Positions 1 through 13,018 are shown, counted from the first letter of the stretch. The stretch: DNA of 64,000 bases from Octopus vulgaris (GCA_951406725.2 OX597839.1:21080001-21144000); one strand, 5' to 3'. Numbers and translations: made by a program. The notes: generated from the sequence alone by a model not told the origin.

Positions 1-353
1 AACTAAACACTTTTAAACTTTGTATACTGGTAGAATGTGTTTATAAAACATCTTTTTCTCTTGGCTTTATTGAGAAAATTCTATAGTTTGTAAGATATTT
101 GTTGTTTTTTTCTGCAATTTCAACCAATCAATGACGTCTATTGAGGTGAAAACATTCTGTGGCATATGAATATGTCCCTTGTTTAAGAAACAGATTGGGC
201 TTATTTACATTTGTGAAGAAAAAAGATACCCTTCCCCAACCCCTAACCCTAAAACAGATAGAAATGCAATAGATCGATACTAGGGTCATAATTATGGGTG
301 ACAATTTCATATGACACCACTAGAAAAAACTGCCGTTTAAACTGAAAAGATCC
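1..353 (+). mobile_element. GGATC-terminated TIR element (MITE-like), 5' part outside window
   Basis: Ends AAAAACTGCCGTTTAAACTGAAAAGATCC; body matches full copies at 38791-39220, 48392-48796 and 57596-58050; internal CCCTAA repeats. Confidence 0.8.
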
Positions 354-405
354 CAGAAAACAACTGACATTCATTACTGAATGTATTTATATATTTTCCT
401 TCCAG

Positions 406-465
406 ATATATTTACAGTTACATTGGTCATAGTCCTTCTGTTACCCTTATCTATGATTTTTGTTG
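406..465 (+). CDS. TMEM272-like membrane protein, internal coding exon (xIFTVTLVIVLLLPLSMIFVG)
   Basis: ttccttccAG acceptor, G|GTGAGT donor, phase 1/1, hydrophobic TM segment; splices in frame to exon 7601-8052. Confidence 0.8.
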
Positions 466-599
466 GTGAGTACAAGATGCCTTTTACTATTCTACTTCTC
501 TTTTACTCTTTACTGGTCTCAGTTTGGGGATTGAACCGATTTCAGTCGATCGTATCAACCTCACCAGAATTTATTCTAGTCCAGCATTTATTTTGATAC

Positions 600-3500
600 G
601 CTACTGTGTTAGACTCGTGATCCTAAGTTTGCAGTTTCAATTCCTGGACTGGGTGATGTGTTGTGTTCTTGAGCAAAACCCTTCATTCCATGTTGCTCCA
701 GTCCATTCAGCTAATGGTTAGGATGTTGCACTCATGAGTTCTAGATTGTGGTTTCAATTCCTGGACTGGGCAGTGCATTGTGTTCTTGTACAAAACACTT
801 CATTTCATGTTGCTCCAGTCCACTCAGCTAATGGTTAGGATGTTGCACTCATGACTTCTAGATTGTGGTTTCAATTCCTGGACTGGACAGTGCATTGTGT
901 CCTTGAGCAAGACACTTCATTTCATGTTGCTCCAGTCCACTCAGCTAATGGTTAGGATGTTGCACTCATGACTTCTAGATTGTGGTTTCAATTCCTGGAC
1001 TGGGCAGTGCATTGTGTTCTTGTACAAAACACTTCATTTCATGTTGCTCCAGTCCACTCAGCTAATGGTTAGGATGTTGCACTCATGACTTCTAGATTGT
1101 GGTTTCAATTCCTGGACTGGGCAGTGCATTGTGTTCTTGAGCAAGACATTTCATTTCATGTTGCTCCAGTCCACTCAGCTAATGGTTAGGATGTTGCACT
1201 CATGACTTCTAGATTGTGGTTTCAATTCCTGGACTGGACAGTGCATTGTGTTCTTGAGCAAGACACTTCATTTCATGTTGCTCCAGTCCACTCAGCTAAT
1301 GGTTAGGATGTTGCACTCATGACTTCTAGATTGTGGTTTCAATTCCTGGACTGGACAGTGCATTGTGTTCTTGAGCAAGACACTTCATTTCATGTTGCTC
1401 CAGTCCACTCAGCTAATGGTTAGGATGTTGCACTCATGACTTCTAGATTGTGGTTTCAATTCCTGGACTGGACAGTGCATTGTGTTCTTGAGCAAGACAC
1501 TTCATTTCATGTTGCTCCAGTCCACTCAGCTAATGGTTAGGATGTTGCACTCGTGACTTCTAGATTGTGGTTTCAACTCCTGGACTGGACAGTGCATTGT
1601 GTTCTTGAGCAAGACACTTCATTTCATGTTGCTCCAGTCCACTCAGCTAATGGTTAGGATGTTGCACTCGTGACTTCTAGATTGTGGTTTCAAATCCTGG
1701 ACTGGACAGTGCATTGTGTTCTTGAGCAAGACACTTCATTCCATGTTGCTCCAGTCCACTTAGCTAATGGTTAGGATGTTGCACTCGTGACTTCTAGATT
1801 GTGGTTTCAATTCCTGGACTGGACAGTGCATTGTGTTCTTGAGCAAGACACTTCATTTCATGTTGCTCCAGTCCACTCAGCTAATGGTTAGGATGTTGCA
1901 CTCATGACTTCTAGATTGTGGTTTCAATTCCTGGACTGGACAGTGCATTGTGTTCTTGTACAAAACACTTCATTTCATGTTGCTCCAGTCCACTCAGCTA
2001 ATGGTTAGGATGTTGCACTCATGACTTCTAGATTGTGGTTTCAATTCCTGGACTGGGCAGTGCATTGTGTTCTTGAGCAAGACACTTCATTTCATGTTGC
2101 TCCAGTCCACTCAGCTAATGGTTAGGATGTTGCACTCATGACTTCTAGATTGTGGTTTCAATTCCTGGACTGGGCAGTGCATTGTGTTCTTGTACAAAAC
2201 ACTTCATTTCATGTTGCTCCAGTCCATTCAGCTAATGGTTAGGATGTTGCACTCATGACTTCTAGATTGTGGTTTCAATTCCTGGACTGGACAGTGCATT
2301 GTGTTCTTGTAGCAAAACACTTCATTTCATGTTGCTCCAGTCCATTCAGCTAATGGTTAGGATGTTGCACTCATGACTTCTAGATTGTGGTTTCAATTCC
2401 TGGACTGGACAGTGCATTGTGTTCTTTTGTAAACCACTTCATTTCATGTTGCTCCAGTCCATTCAGCTAATGGTTAGGATGTTGCACTCATGACTTCTAG
2501 ATTGTGGTTTCAATTCCTGGACTGGACAGTGCATTGTGTTCTTGTACAAAACACTTCATTTCATGTTGCTCCAGTCCATTCAGCTAATGGTTAGGATGTT
2601 GCACTCATGACTTCTAGATTGTGGTTTCAATTCCTGGACTGGACAGTGCATTGTGTTCTTGTACAAAACACTTCATTTCATGTTGCTCCAGTCCATTCAG
2701 CTAATGGTTAGGATGTTGCACTCATGACTTCTAGATTGTGGTTTCAATTCCTGGACTGGACAGTGCATTGTGTTCTTGTACAAAACACTTCATTTCATGT
2801 TGCTCCAGTCCACTCAGCTAATGGTTAGGATGTTGCACTCATGACTTCTAGATTGTGGTTTCAATTCCTGGACTGGGCAGTGCATTGTGTTCTTGAGCAA
2901 GACACTTCATTTCATGTTGCTCCAGTCCACTCAGCTAATGGTTAGGATGTTGCACTCATGACTTCTAGATTGTGGTTTCAATTCCTGGACTGGGCAGTGC
3001 ATTGTGTTCTTTTGTAAACCACTTCATTTCATGTTGCTCCAGTCCACTCAGCTAATGGTTAGGATGTTGCACTCATGACTTCTAGATTGTGGTTTCAATT
3101 CCTGGACTGGGCAGTGCATTGTGTTCTTGAGCAAGACACTTCATTTCATGTTGCTCAAGTCCACTCAGCTAATGGTTAGGATGTTGCACTCATGACTTCT
3201 AGATTGTGGTTTCAATTCCTGGACTGGGCAGTGCATTGTGTTCTTGAGCAAGACACTTCATTTCATGTTGCTCCAGTCCACTCAGCTAATGGTTAGGATG
3301 TTGCACTCATGACTTCTAGATTGTGGTTTCGAATTCCTGGACTGGGCAGTGCATTGTGTTCTTGAGCAAAACACTTCATTCCATGTTGCTCCAGTCCACT
3401 CAGCTAATGGTTATGATGTTGCACTCATGACTTCTAGATTGTGGTTTCGATTCCTGGACTGGGCAGTGCATTGTGTTCTTGAGCAAGACACTTCATTTCA

Positions 3501-6213
3501 TGTTGCTCCAGTCCACTCAGCTAATGGTTAGGATGTTGCACTCATGACTTCTAGATTGTGGTTTCGATTCCTGGACTGGGCAGTGCATTGTGTTCTTGAG
3601 CAAGACACTTCATTTCATGTTGCTCCAGTCCACTCAGCTAATGGTTAGGATGTTGCACTCATGACTTCTAGATTGTGGTTTCGATTCCTGGACTGGGCAG
3701 TGCATTGTGTTCTTGAGCAAGACACTTCATTTCATGTTGCTCCAGTCCACTCAGCTAATGGTTAGGATGTTGCACTCATGACTTCTAGATTGTGGTTTCA
3801 ATTCCTGGACTGGGCAGTGCATTGTGTTCTTGAGCAAGACACTTCATTTCATGTTGCTCCAGTCCACTCAGCTAATGGTTAGGATGTTGCACTCATGACT
3901 TCTAGATTGTGGTTTCGATTCCTGGACTGGGCAGTGCATTGTGTTCTTGAGCAAAACACTTCATTCCATGTTGCTCCAGTCCACTCAGCTAATGGTTATG
4001 ATGTTGCACTCATGACTTCTAGATTGTGGTTTCGATTCCTGGACTGGGCAGTGCATTGTGTTCTTGAGCAAGACACTTCATTTCATGTTGCTCCAGTCCA
4101 CTCAGCTAATGGTTAGGATGTTGCACTCATGACTTCTAGATTGTGGTTTCGATTCCTGGACTGGGCAGTGCATTGTGTTCTTGAGCAAGACACTTCATTT
4201 CATGTTGCTCCAGTCCACTCAGCTAATAGTTAGGATGTTGCACTCATGACTTCTAGATTGTGGTTTCGATTCCTGGACTGGGCAGTGCATTGTGTTCTTG
4301 AGCAAGACACTTCATTTCATGTTGCTCCAGTCCACTCAGCTAATGGTTAGGATGTTGCACTCATGACTTCTAGATTGTGGTTTCGATTCCTGGACTGGGC
4401 AGTGCATTGTGTTCTTGAGCAAGACACTTCATTTCACGTTGCTCCAGTCCACTCAGCTAATGGTTAGGATGTTGCACTCATGACATCTAGATTGTTGGTT
4501 TCAATTCCTGGACTGGGCAGTGCATTGTGTTCTTGAGCAAGACACTTCATTTCATGTTGCTCCAGTCCACTCAGCTAATGGTTAGGATGTTGCACTCATG
4601 ACTTCTAGATTGTGGTTTCGATTCCTGGACTGGGCAGTGCATTGTGTTCTTGAGCAAGACACTTCATTTCATGTTGCTCCAGTCCACTCAGCTAATGGTT
4701 AGGATGTTGCACTCATGACTTCTAGATTGTGGTTTCGATTCCTGAACTGGGCAGTGCATTGTGTTCTTGAGCAAGACACTTCATTTCATGTTGCTCCAGT
4801 CCACTCAGCTAATGATTAGGATGTTGCACTCATGACTTCTAGATTGTGGTTTCGATTCCTGGACTGGGCAGTGCATTGTGTTCTTGAGCAAGACACTTCA
4901 TTTCATGTTGCTCCAGTCCACTCAGCTAATGGTTAGGATGTTGCACTCATGACTTCTAGATTGTGGTTTCGATTCCTGGACTGGGCAGTGCATTGTGTTC
5001 TTGAGCAAGACACTTCATTTCACGTTGCTCCAGTCCACTCAGCTAATGGTTAGGATGTTGCACTCATGACATCTAGATTGTTGTTTCAATTCCTGGACTG
5101 GGCAGTGCATTGTGTTCTTGAGCAAGACACTTCATTTCATGTTGCTCCAGTCCACTCAGCTAATGGTTAGGATGTTGCACTCATGACTTCTAGATTGTGG
5201 TTTTGATTCCTGGACTGGGCAGTGCATTGTGTTCTTGAGCAAGACACTTCATTTCATGTTGCTCCAGTCCACTCAGCTAATGGTTAGGATGTTGCACTCA
5301 TGACTTCTAGATTGTGGTTTCGATTCCTGGACTGGGCAGTGCATTGTGTTCTTGAGCAAGACACTTCATTTCATGTTGCTCCAGTCCACTCAGCTAATGA
5401 TTAGGATGTTGCACTCATGACTTCTAGATTGTGGTTTCGATTCCTGGACTGGGCAGTGCATTGTGTTCTTGTACAAAACACTTCATTTCATGTTGCTCCA
5501 GTCCACTCAGCTAATGGTTAGGATGTTGCACTCATGACTTCTAGATTGTGGTTTCAATTCCTGGACTGGGCAGTGCATTGTGTTCTTGAGCAAGACACTT
5601 CATTTCATGTTGCTCCAGTCCACTCAGCTAATGATTAGGATGTTGCACTCATGACTTCTAGATTGTGGTTTCAATTCCTGGACTGGGCAGTGAATTGTGT
5701 TCTTGAGCAAGACACTTCATTTCATGTTGCTCCAGTCCACTCAGCTAATGGTTAGGATGTTGCACTCATGACTTCTAGATTGTGGTTTCAATTCCTGGAC
5801 TGGGCAGTGCATTGTGTTCTTGAGCAAGACACTTCATTTCAAGTTGCTCCAGTCCACTCAGCTAATGGTTAGGATGTTGCACTCATGACTTCTAGATTGT
5901 GGTTTCAATTCCTGGACTGGGCAGTGCATTGTGTTCTTGAGCAAGACACTTCATTTCATGTTGCTCCAGTCCACTCAGCTAATGGTTATGATGTTGCACT
6001 CATGACTTCCAGATTGTGGTTTCAATTCCTGGACTGGGCAGTGCATTGTGTTCTTGAGCAAGACACTTCATTTCAAGTTGCTCCAGTCCACTCAGCTAAT
6101 GGTTAGGATGTTGCACTCATGACTTCTAGATTGTGGTTTCAATTCCTGGACTGGGCAGTGCATTGTGTTCTTTTGTAAACCACTTCATTTCATGTTGCGC
6201 CAGTCCACTCAGC
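600..6213 (+). repeat. 117-bp tandem satellite (~47 full units plus a degenerate first unit) derived from a tRNA-like SINE head
   Basis: Unit GGTTAGGATGTTGCACTCATGACTTCTAGATTGTGGTTTCAATTCCTGGACTGGGCAGTGCATTGTGTTCTTGAGCAAGACACTTCATTTCATGTTGCTCCAGTCCACTCAGCTAAT repeats from 716; last unit runs on into SINE body (GGCAAAAATGAG...). Confidence 0.97.
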
Positions 6214-6356
6214 TGGCAAAAATGAGTTATTCTGTGACAGACCAATGCCCTGTCCTGGTGGGGAATATACACACCATGAAACCAAGAAACAGGCCCTATA
6301 AGTTTACATGATCTGGGAAGGAAATTTAGCTTTGTGGAGGTAACTTTACTTGTGGA

Positions 6357-6580
6357 GGCATATGGCTTGGTTGTTAGGGTGCTGGACTCATGATTGTATG
6401 ATTGTGATTTCAATTCCTGGATCAGGTGATGTCTTGCATTTTTGAGCAAAACACTTTATTTCACATTGCCCCAATACACTCAGCTAGTAAGAATGAGTAA
6501 TCCTGCAATGGACCGGCATCTCATCCAGGAAGGAATATATCCACATCAGAGACACCAGGAAACCAGCTCTATGCTCCTTA
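6357..6580 (+). mobile_element. tRNA-derived SINE monomer (family D, parent family of the 117-bp satellite)
   Basis: GGCATATGGCTTGGTTGTTAGGGTGCTGGACTCATGA...TTCAATTCCTGG...TTGAGCAAAACACTTTATTTCAC; related copies near 20480-20800(-), 32420-32580(+), 47720-48018(-), 50060-50290(-). Confidence 0.7.
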
Positions 6581-6691
6581 CAGAGTAATGTGGACTAACC
6601 CTGATATAGATATACTCTACGATATTATCATGTATGATATAGATATGGTGACGACAGATGGCCTAGTGGTTATGGTGTTGGACTCATAACC

Positions 6692-6819
6692 CGCCGGAGC
6701 CTTGTGGAGCTTTAGGTGTCTTCGCTCAATAAACACTCACAGTGCCCGGTCTGGGAATCGAAACCGCTATTCTACGATCACGAGTCCGCTGCCCTAACCA
6801 CTGGGCCCTTGCACCTCCA
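6692..6819 (-). mobile_element. tRNA-derived SINE head (family C)
   Basis: Reverse complement matches GGAGGCGCAATGGCCCAGTGGTTAGGGCAGCGGACTCG...GGTTTCGATTCCCAGACCGGG seen at 19955, 42572, 51231 and 60402. Confidence 0.75.
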
Positions 6820-6908
6820 TATACATATATATATACATATATATACATACATATACATACATATATATATATACATACATATACATACATATACATACAT
6901 ATATATAT

Positions 6909-6956
<48 letters not shown>

Positions 6957-7025
6957 CATATATATATATATATATACATATATACATACATATATACATA
7001 TACATACATACATATATATATATAC

Positions 7026-7078
<53 letters not shown>

Positions 7079-7163
7079 CATATATATATATACATATATA
7101 TATACATACATATATATATACATATATATATATACATATATATACATACATATATATATATAC

Positions 7164-7261
<98 letters not shown>

Positions 7262-7507
7262 ACATATATATACATACATATACGTACATATATATATATA
7301 TATACATATATACATACATATACATACATACAACATACATATATACATATACATACAACATACACATATACATATATATACATATACATATATACACATA
7401 TATATATATATACATATACATATACACATATACACATACACATATACACATACATATATACACATACATATACATATATACACACACATATATACACACA
7501 CATATAT

Positions 7508-7552
<45 letters not shown>

Positions 7553-7563
7553 ACACACATATA
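6819..7563. repeat. (TA)n/(TACA)n compound microsatellite
   Basis: Direct reading; source of the YIYI ORFs. Confidence 0.95.
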
Positions 7564-7600
7564 TCGTAAAATAATAAATCATATTTCCTTCTCACCACAG

Positions 7601-8052
7601 GTTCCAGTTTCCAAGAGGAATGTCCCAAAGAACCCCGCATTCTTGTCTACCTGTTAGTGACAGGGAGTACAGGGACCCTGAAGATGATCCTGTCCCTCTG
7701 GCGCCAAGTCTCGTTCCGACGTAGCCAGAAGTACGAAAGCTACAACACCCACCACAATGACTACGACGACGACGATGATGACGAATCCCTTGTGGTGACC
7801 AAAATGCTGAAGTTCACCAGCAACTTCCTCACTTTATTCCTAATTGTCTGGTTTGTGCTCGGCAACGTATGGGTATTTGGAATCTGGTGGCCTAACCCCT
7901 TCGGAAGCCTCCACAAACCAATAGACTGGTGCAACCGATCCGTCTTTATCTACTGCATAGTTCATATTATGATTGTGTATGTCTTGCTGGCAGTGGCTGT
8001 ACTAACAGTCATTATTTTGATTATCTGTTACATGTGTCAAAGAACGGATTAA
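7601..8052 (+). CDS. TMEM272-like membrane protein, terminal coding exon
   Basis: ctcaccacAG acceptor; encodes [22 protein letters not shown]...[14 protein letters not shown]...CNRSVF...CQRTD*; the CPxEPxIxxYLLVxG and WFxxGNxWVF motifs are typical of TMEM272-like proteins. Confidence 0.85.
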
Positions 8053-8856
8053 TTCTTACCCCTCAGTATCTTTTTACATGTCGGTATACATACACATACA
8101 TATATACATATATAAAAAACATACTTAGTACGTACATTAGGGTTATAATCCCAGTTTTGTCCTCATAAAGTACGTCCGTGTATTCCAGTACTCCAAATTA
8201 TATTTGTAGATGTTATATTTTATATGAGAGTTGAAAATACTGGAGAATGTGGTTATATTGTTAAATACAGGAAAATAATTATTGCAGAGTAATTACATGT
8301 TAAAAGAGAAAACTGCAAAAACTTCTTGGTATTATTTATCCTGCATTACATATGTTTCATTACTAATAGGAGTTACATACTTACACCTGCAGAAAAACAT
8401 GTAAAATATCTCCTATTAGTAATTTTTCAGACTGAGAGTTATAATAATACAGACTTACTTTGCATTGAGCTACAATATATAGTAATAATTATTAATCATA
8501 CATATACATACATAGCTATATATGTAATGTGTGTGTGTGTGTGTGTGTGTGTGCATACATGTGTGTGTGTAAGTATATATTTACATATAGGAGAAATTAT
8601 GATAAACACAAGATGCAGTTTATATATAATATGTTCCCTACATATGTTTCAACATTGTGGTAGTTTGGAACTTGAGTATTTCATGTTCCTAGAGCAATTG
8701 GATGCTGGACGACAATGGATCATCACATGTACACTTTATTGCATTATGTTATACAGATCAAATAAGAATAATTTACATGGAATTCTAAACATACCAGTAG
8801 CAGTTGTACCTGTAACTGTACACACAAGATGTACTACATTTATATATATATATATA

Positions 8857-9239
8857 CTAGCAGTATCGCCCGGCGTTGCTCAGGTTTGTAAGGGAAATAA
8901 CTATAAAGCATTTTTAGAGAGTTATAGCCAAAAAATAGCAAAAAAAATGGAAAAAAAATTATGGTAAATTTTTTTTTTAGTTAAAAAAGGTCGAGTTGCG
9001 TCCCCTAGACAGTTTGTGGTTTGTGTTTCTGATTCTCGACACCATGTCGAATTTATCGATTTTTCAGAACTGGGGGAACTTTTCAAAATTTTCGCTGCGT
9101 TAGTTTTGAATTATGACATTGGGCTATGTGTGTGTCAAGTTTCATCAGAATCGGTTGAAAGCCGTGGTCAGAGTGAGGGTACAACCAAACAGACACACAG
9201 AAACACACACAGACAAACTGCCGTTTATATATATAGAGA
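8857..9239 (-). mobile_element. Non-autonomous Helitron-like element
   Basis: Minus strand starts A|TC and ends GAGCAACGCCGGGCGATACTGCTAG|T (subterminal hairpin plus CTAG). Confidence 0.75.
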
Positions 9240-9564
9240 TATTAATCAAAGTATACAGTATTATAGATTCATTTCAGTTGGTTTCACCAAACAGTTTCAC
9301 ACTGGATATAAATATCCAGATATTAGATGCTATTACTTAACTATGGTTAAGTAATAGCATGTGCTCTTCAGAGATGGCATGTGGCAATCCTTAACTGAGC
9401 TATTGTCCTGTTTCTGGTTATTTAATACCCAGTGTGAAACTGATAGGTAAGATCAGATGAAAGTGGATTTATGATGCTTTGATTAATATACCAACTCTCT
9501 TAAGAAATACAGGGGTGACATCTTTTTTTTTGATTTATGGATTATTAAAAGACTCTCGAAACAT

Positions 9565-9897
9565 GCATATATATATGTATGTGTGTGTGTGTGTATATAT
9601 ATGTATGTATGCATATACAGAGAGGTGTATATATATATATATGCATATATAGAAAGGTATATATATATATATATATGCATATATAGAAAGGTATATATAT
9701 ATATATATATATATGCATATATAGAAAGGTATATATATATATATATATATGCATATATAGAAAGGTATATATATATATATATATATATGCATATATAGAG
9801 AGGTATATATTTAGGTATATATATATATACATGTAAATATAAACATATACATATATATGCATTTACACATTAATGTGTACTTTATGCATAGTTTTAT

Positions 9898-9980
<83 letters not shown>

Positions 9981-10030
9981 AATATACAAATGCACGCACA
10001 CACACACAGACATATATATATATATATATA
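9565..10030. repeat. TA/CA microsatellite with repeated GCATATATAGAAAGG units
   Basis: Direct reading. Confidence 0.9.
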
Positions 10031-10247
10031 CGAAGGGGTGCTGAAAAGTTCCTGGTTTTAAGTGTATTGTGAAAGGCCTGGCTGGAGGCCCAATCTTCCG
10101 GGTACTTTTAAAGGGCCTGGAAAAACAGAAGGACTGCCATAATAAGTGCGTGAATCTACCAGGGGAAGAGGTTGAATAAAATCATAATTAACTGATCCTC
10201 CTGTATTTTCTTTTACCCAAAGCTAGGAACTTTTCAGCCCCCCCTCG
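10031..10247. mobile_element. mariner-like MITE
   Basis: Imperfect TIRs CGAAGGGGTGCTGAAAAGTTCCTGG / CTAGGAACTTTTCAGCCCCCCCTCG, TA on the left flank. Confidence 0.7.
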
Positions 10248-10350
10248 TGTGTATTTGTGTGTGTGTGTATATATATATATATACATATTTATATACATAT
10301 ACATACATACATGTATAGTTGAAATTTACAGAAAAAAAAGATAAAGACAG

Positions 10351-10389
<39 letters not shown>

Positions 10390-10690
10390 TACGTATATAT
10401 ATATATATATAAATATATATTCGTTTATTCTTATTGTTTTACTTGTGTCAGTCAAATGACCGCAGCCATGCTGGAGCACCACCTTTAGACGAGCAAATCA
10501 ACTCCTGGACTTATTCTTTGTAAGCCCAGTACTTATTCTATCAGTCTATTTTGCCAAACCACTAAGTTACAGGGACAAACACACAAGCATCGGTTGTCAA
10601 GCAATGTTGGGGGGGGGGGGGGACAAACACAGAGACACAAACATACACACACACAAATATATATATATATATATATGAATTTTATGCATA

Positions 10691-10905
10691 ATGAGATAAA
10701 AAAAAACCAAGGCTATGGAGATATTACAGCATTTATAGACAGGTCTTACAGCTGTTTCTAGAATATTAATTAATAATAATATACCTTCATCGGAGACGGT
10801 GTGAGAGGAAGGGATATTATTATTAATTAATATTCTAGAAATAGCTGTAAGACCTTCTATCTATAAATGCTCTAATATCTATACAGCCTTGGTTTTTTAT
10901 CTTAT
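10691..10905. mobile_element. Inverted-repeat remnant of a Penelope-like element pLTR
   Basis: ~100-bp arms 10691-10788 and 10808-10905; contains a hammerhead-like motif. Confidence 0.6.
10743..10797 (-). ncRNA. Minimal type-I hammerhead ribozyme-like motif (core CCGAUGA variant)
   Basis: Minus strand GTCT-CCGATGA-AGGTATATT...AATATTCTA-GAAAC-AGCT-GTA-AGAC: stem I GTCT/AGAC, palindromic stem III, GUA site. Confidence 0.6.
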
Positions 10906-11066
10906 TACCCCAAAAATTCTTATATACACACGCTGATATAGAACCACCGTTGAACCCTTTATTCGCAATTTTACCAAATCTGGAACTTAACTAGGGTCTG
11001 TCTATAGCACTTATTCAGCATTACCTGACACCTTTGGGTCTCAATGACACCATTATCTCTTTTATG

Positions 11067-11110
<44 letters not shown>

Positions 11111-11362
11111 TATATTATATTAAATGAGACAAAACCAGGTTACCAAATCAAACAACAAGACTTAATCCAATACATAAATGTAATTTATATTATTTTGAAA
11201 TTTAACAATTATTAATTATTAATAATTTATGTATTGGATTAAGTCTTTCTTTGTTTGATTTGCAAATTATTACTAATTTAATATTATAAATATTTTACTA
11301 TAAATTGGATTCAATCCTAAATCAGATTTTTGATGTAAGTTTAGGATTTATTCCCTAATATT

Positions 11363-11398
<36 letters not shown>

Positions 11399-11400
<2 letters not shown>

Positions 11401-11560
11401 GATGGGCTTCTTTCAGTTTCCGTCTACCAAATCCACTCACAAGGCTTTGGTTGGCCTGAGGCTAGAGTAGAAGTTATTTGCCCAATGTGCCACACAGTGG
11501 GACTGAACCCGGAACCATGTAGTTGGTAAGCAAGCTACTTACTACACAGCCACTCCTGCG
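11399..11560 (-). mobile_element. tRNA-derived SINE family A, 5' half
   Basis: Reverse complement of GCGCAGGAGTGGCTGTGTAGTAAGTAGCTTGC...GGAAACTGAAAGAAGCCCATCG. Confidence 0.8.
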
Positions 11561-11689
11561 CAAACACACACACACAGAGTCAAACATCAATCACTCAATA
11601 CCTTTCAATAGAGTATGATATATATTTTATAACTTCGAAGTCACTATCAATCTTTTCTTTGTAAATGTGTGTATGTGTGCATGCATGCA

Positions 11690-11721
<32 letters not shown>

Positions 11722-12050
11722 AAATGAACTTATTCATCTGTTAAAAAACCTGAAGCTTCACTCTACCACTCCTCTCACTTTTACCAAAATCTCCAAAATA
11801 TATATATATATATACACCCAATGTGGATGGGTTTTTTTTTTTTCGTTTTTTTTTCTCAACAGCAAGACAATATATCTTTTATACAAGGAAACATATTATG
11901 GTGTACTGAAATATTTTAATACTTTTATGCTCGATTTTGGCGGGAAAAGGGAAAATATATGTACATATAAGCATATATATATGTATGTATAGGCAATATA
12001 TGTATCTATATATGTGTATATATGTGTGTGAGTGTGTATATATATGTATG

Positions 12051-12083
<33 letters not shown>

Positions 12084-12133
12084 GTATATATGTATATATA
12101 TATGCATATATATATGTATATATGTATATGCAT

Positions 12134-12185
<52 letters not shown>

Positions 12186-12387
12186 ATATGTGTGTGTGTC
12201 TGTATCTATATATATATATATATATATATATATGACTTCTTGTGGTGCAATGGATAAATTGTCACCATTTAATTTCGCATATGTGCATTGCTTCTTTTTG
12301 ATTTTGTTGACTACACAGTATAGTAGGGTCTGATGGGCACCATCTGTGAGAAAAACAACACTATGATGCAATTCACTTTGCCAGGCC

Positions 12388-12862
12388 TACATCAAGTGCC
12401 TGGAGGAGGTAGTGCTGCCCTGGGTTAACAGGGTGGTGGCTGGAAAACCCTATGTCTGGCAACAGGACTCTGCACCATGCCACACAAACAGGACATCCCA
12501 GTCATAGCACTCCTAACATCTGGCCACCTAACTCCTCAGATTGCAACCCCCTTGATTATTATGTGTGGGACACAACTGAGTGAGAGACCAGGAAAACTCC
12601 TTGTAACACCAAAGATGAACTGAAGGCAAGGAATATGGCAACATTCACCAACTTAAGCAAGGAGACCGTCCAGAAGAGTTACAAGAGATTCTGAAGTCGT
12701 CTGGAGGCCGTAGTTGAAGCCAATGGCGATTTTATTGAATAAATTTACTCTTTAGTATTTCAAAATATTTTTATGTGGTTTCAGTAAATATATCTGTTAA
12801 AATGAAATGTCAATATTATTTTCATCTTTGCGTAATTTAGATGACAATATATTCACTGCACC

Positions 12863-12865
<3 letters not shown>
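12388..12865 (+). mobile_element. Decayed Tc1/mariner (DD37D/maT-like) transposon, 3' part
   Basis: Translates YIKCLEEVVLPWVNRVVAGKPYVWQQDSAPCHT...WPPNSSDCNPLDYYVW; ends CACTGCACCCTG followed by TA. Confidence 0.8.
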
Positions 12866-12913
<48 letters not shown>

Positions 12914-12984
12914 TATATATATACTTATATATGTATATATATTTATATATTGAATATATGTACATACATGCATGTGTGTATACT

Positions 12985-13018
<34 letters not shown>

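Noticed and set aside
381-596. 71-aa single-exon gene
   Set aside because: Only 406-465 is exon; the flanks are intronic, with clear acceptor and donor sites
716-832. Tandem tRNA genes or retrozyme array
   Set aside because: Only A/B-box-like remnants, no complete cloverleaf and no CUGANGA/GAAA core in the unit
600-6213. CRISPR array or coding repeat (MTSRLWF... ORFs)
   Set aside because: Units are contiguous with no unique spacers and no cas genes; the context is a eukaryotic intron; ORFs arise only where TAG mutates to TAT
6716-7640. Long YI/CV-rich ORFs (also 58968-60494, 18852-19382)
   Set aside because: Translations of TA/TG microsatellites, open in several frames
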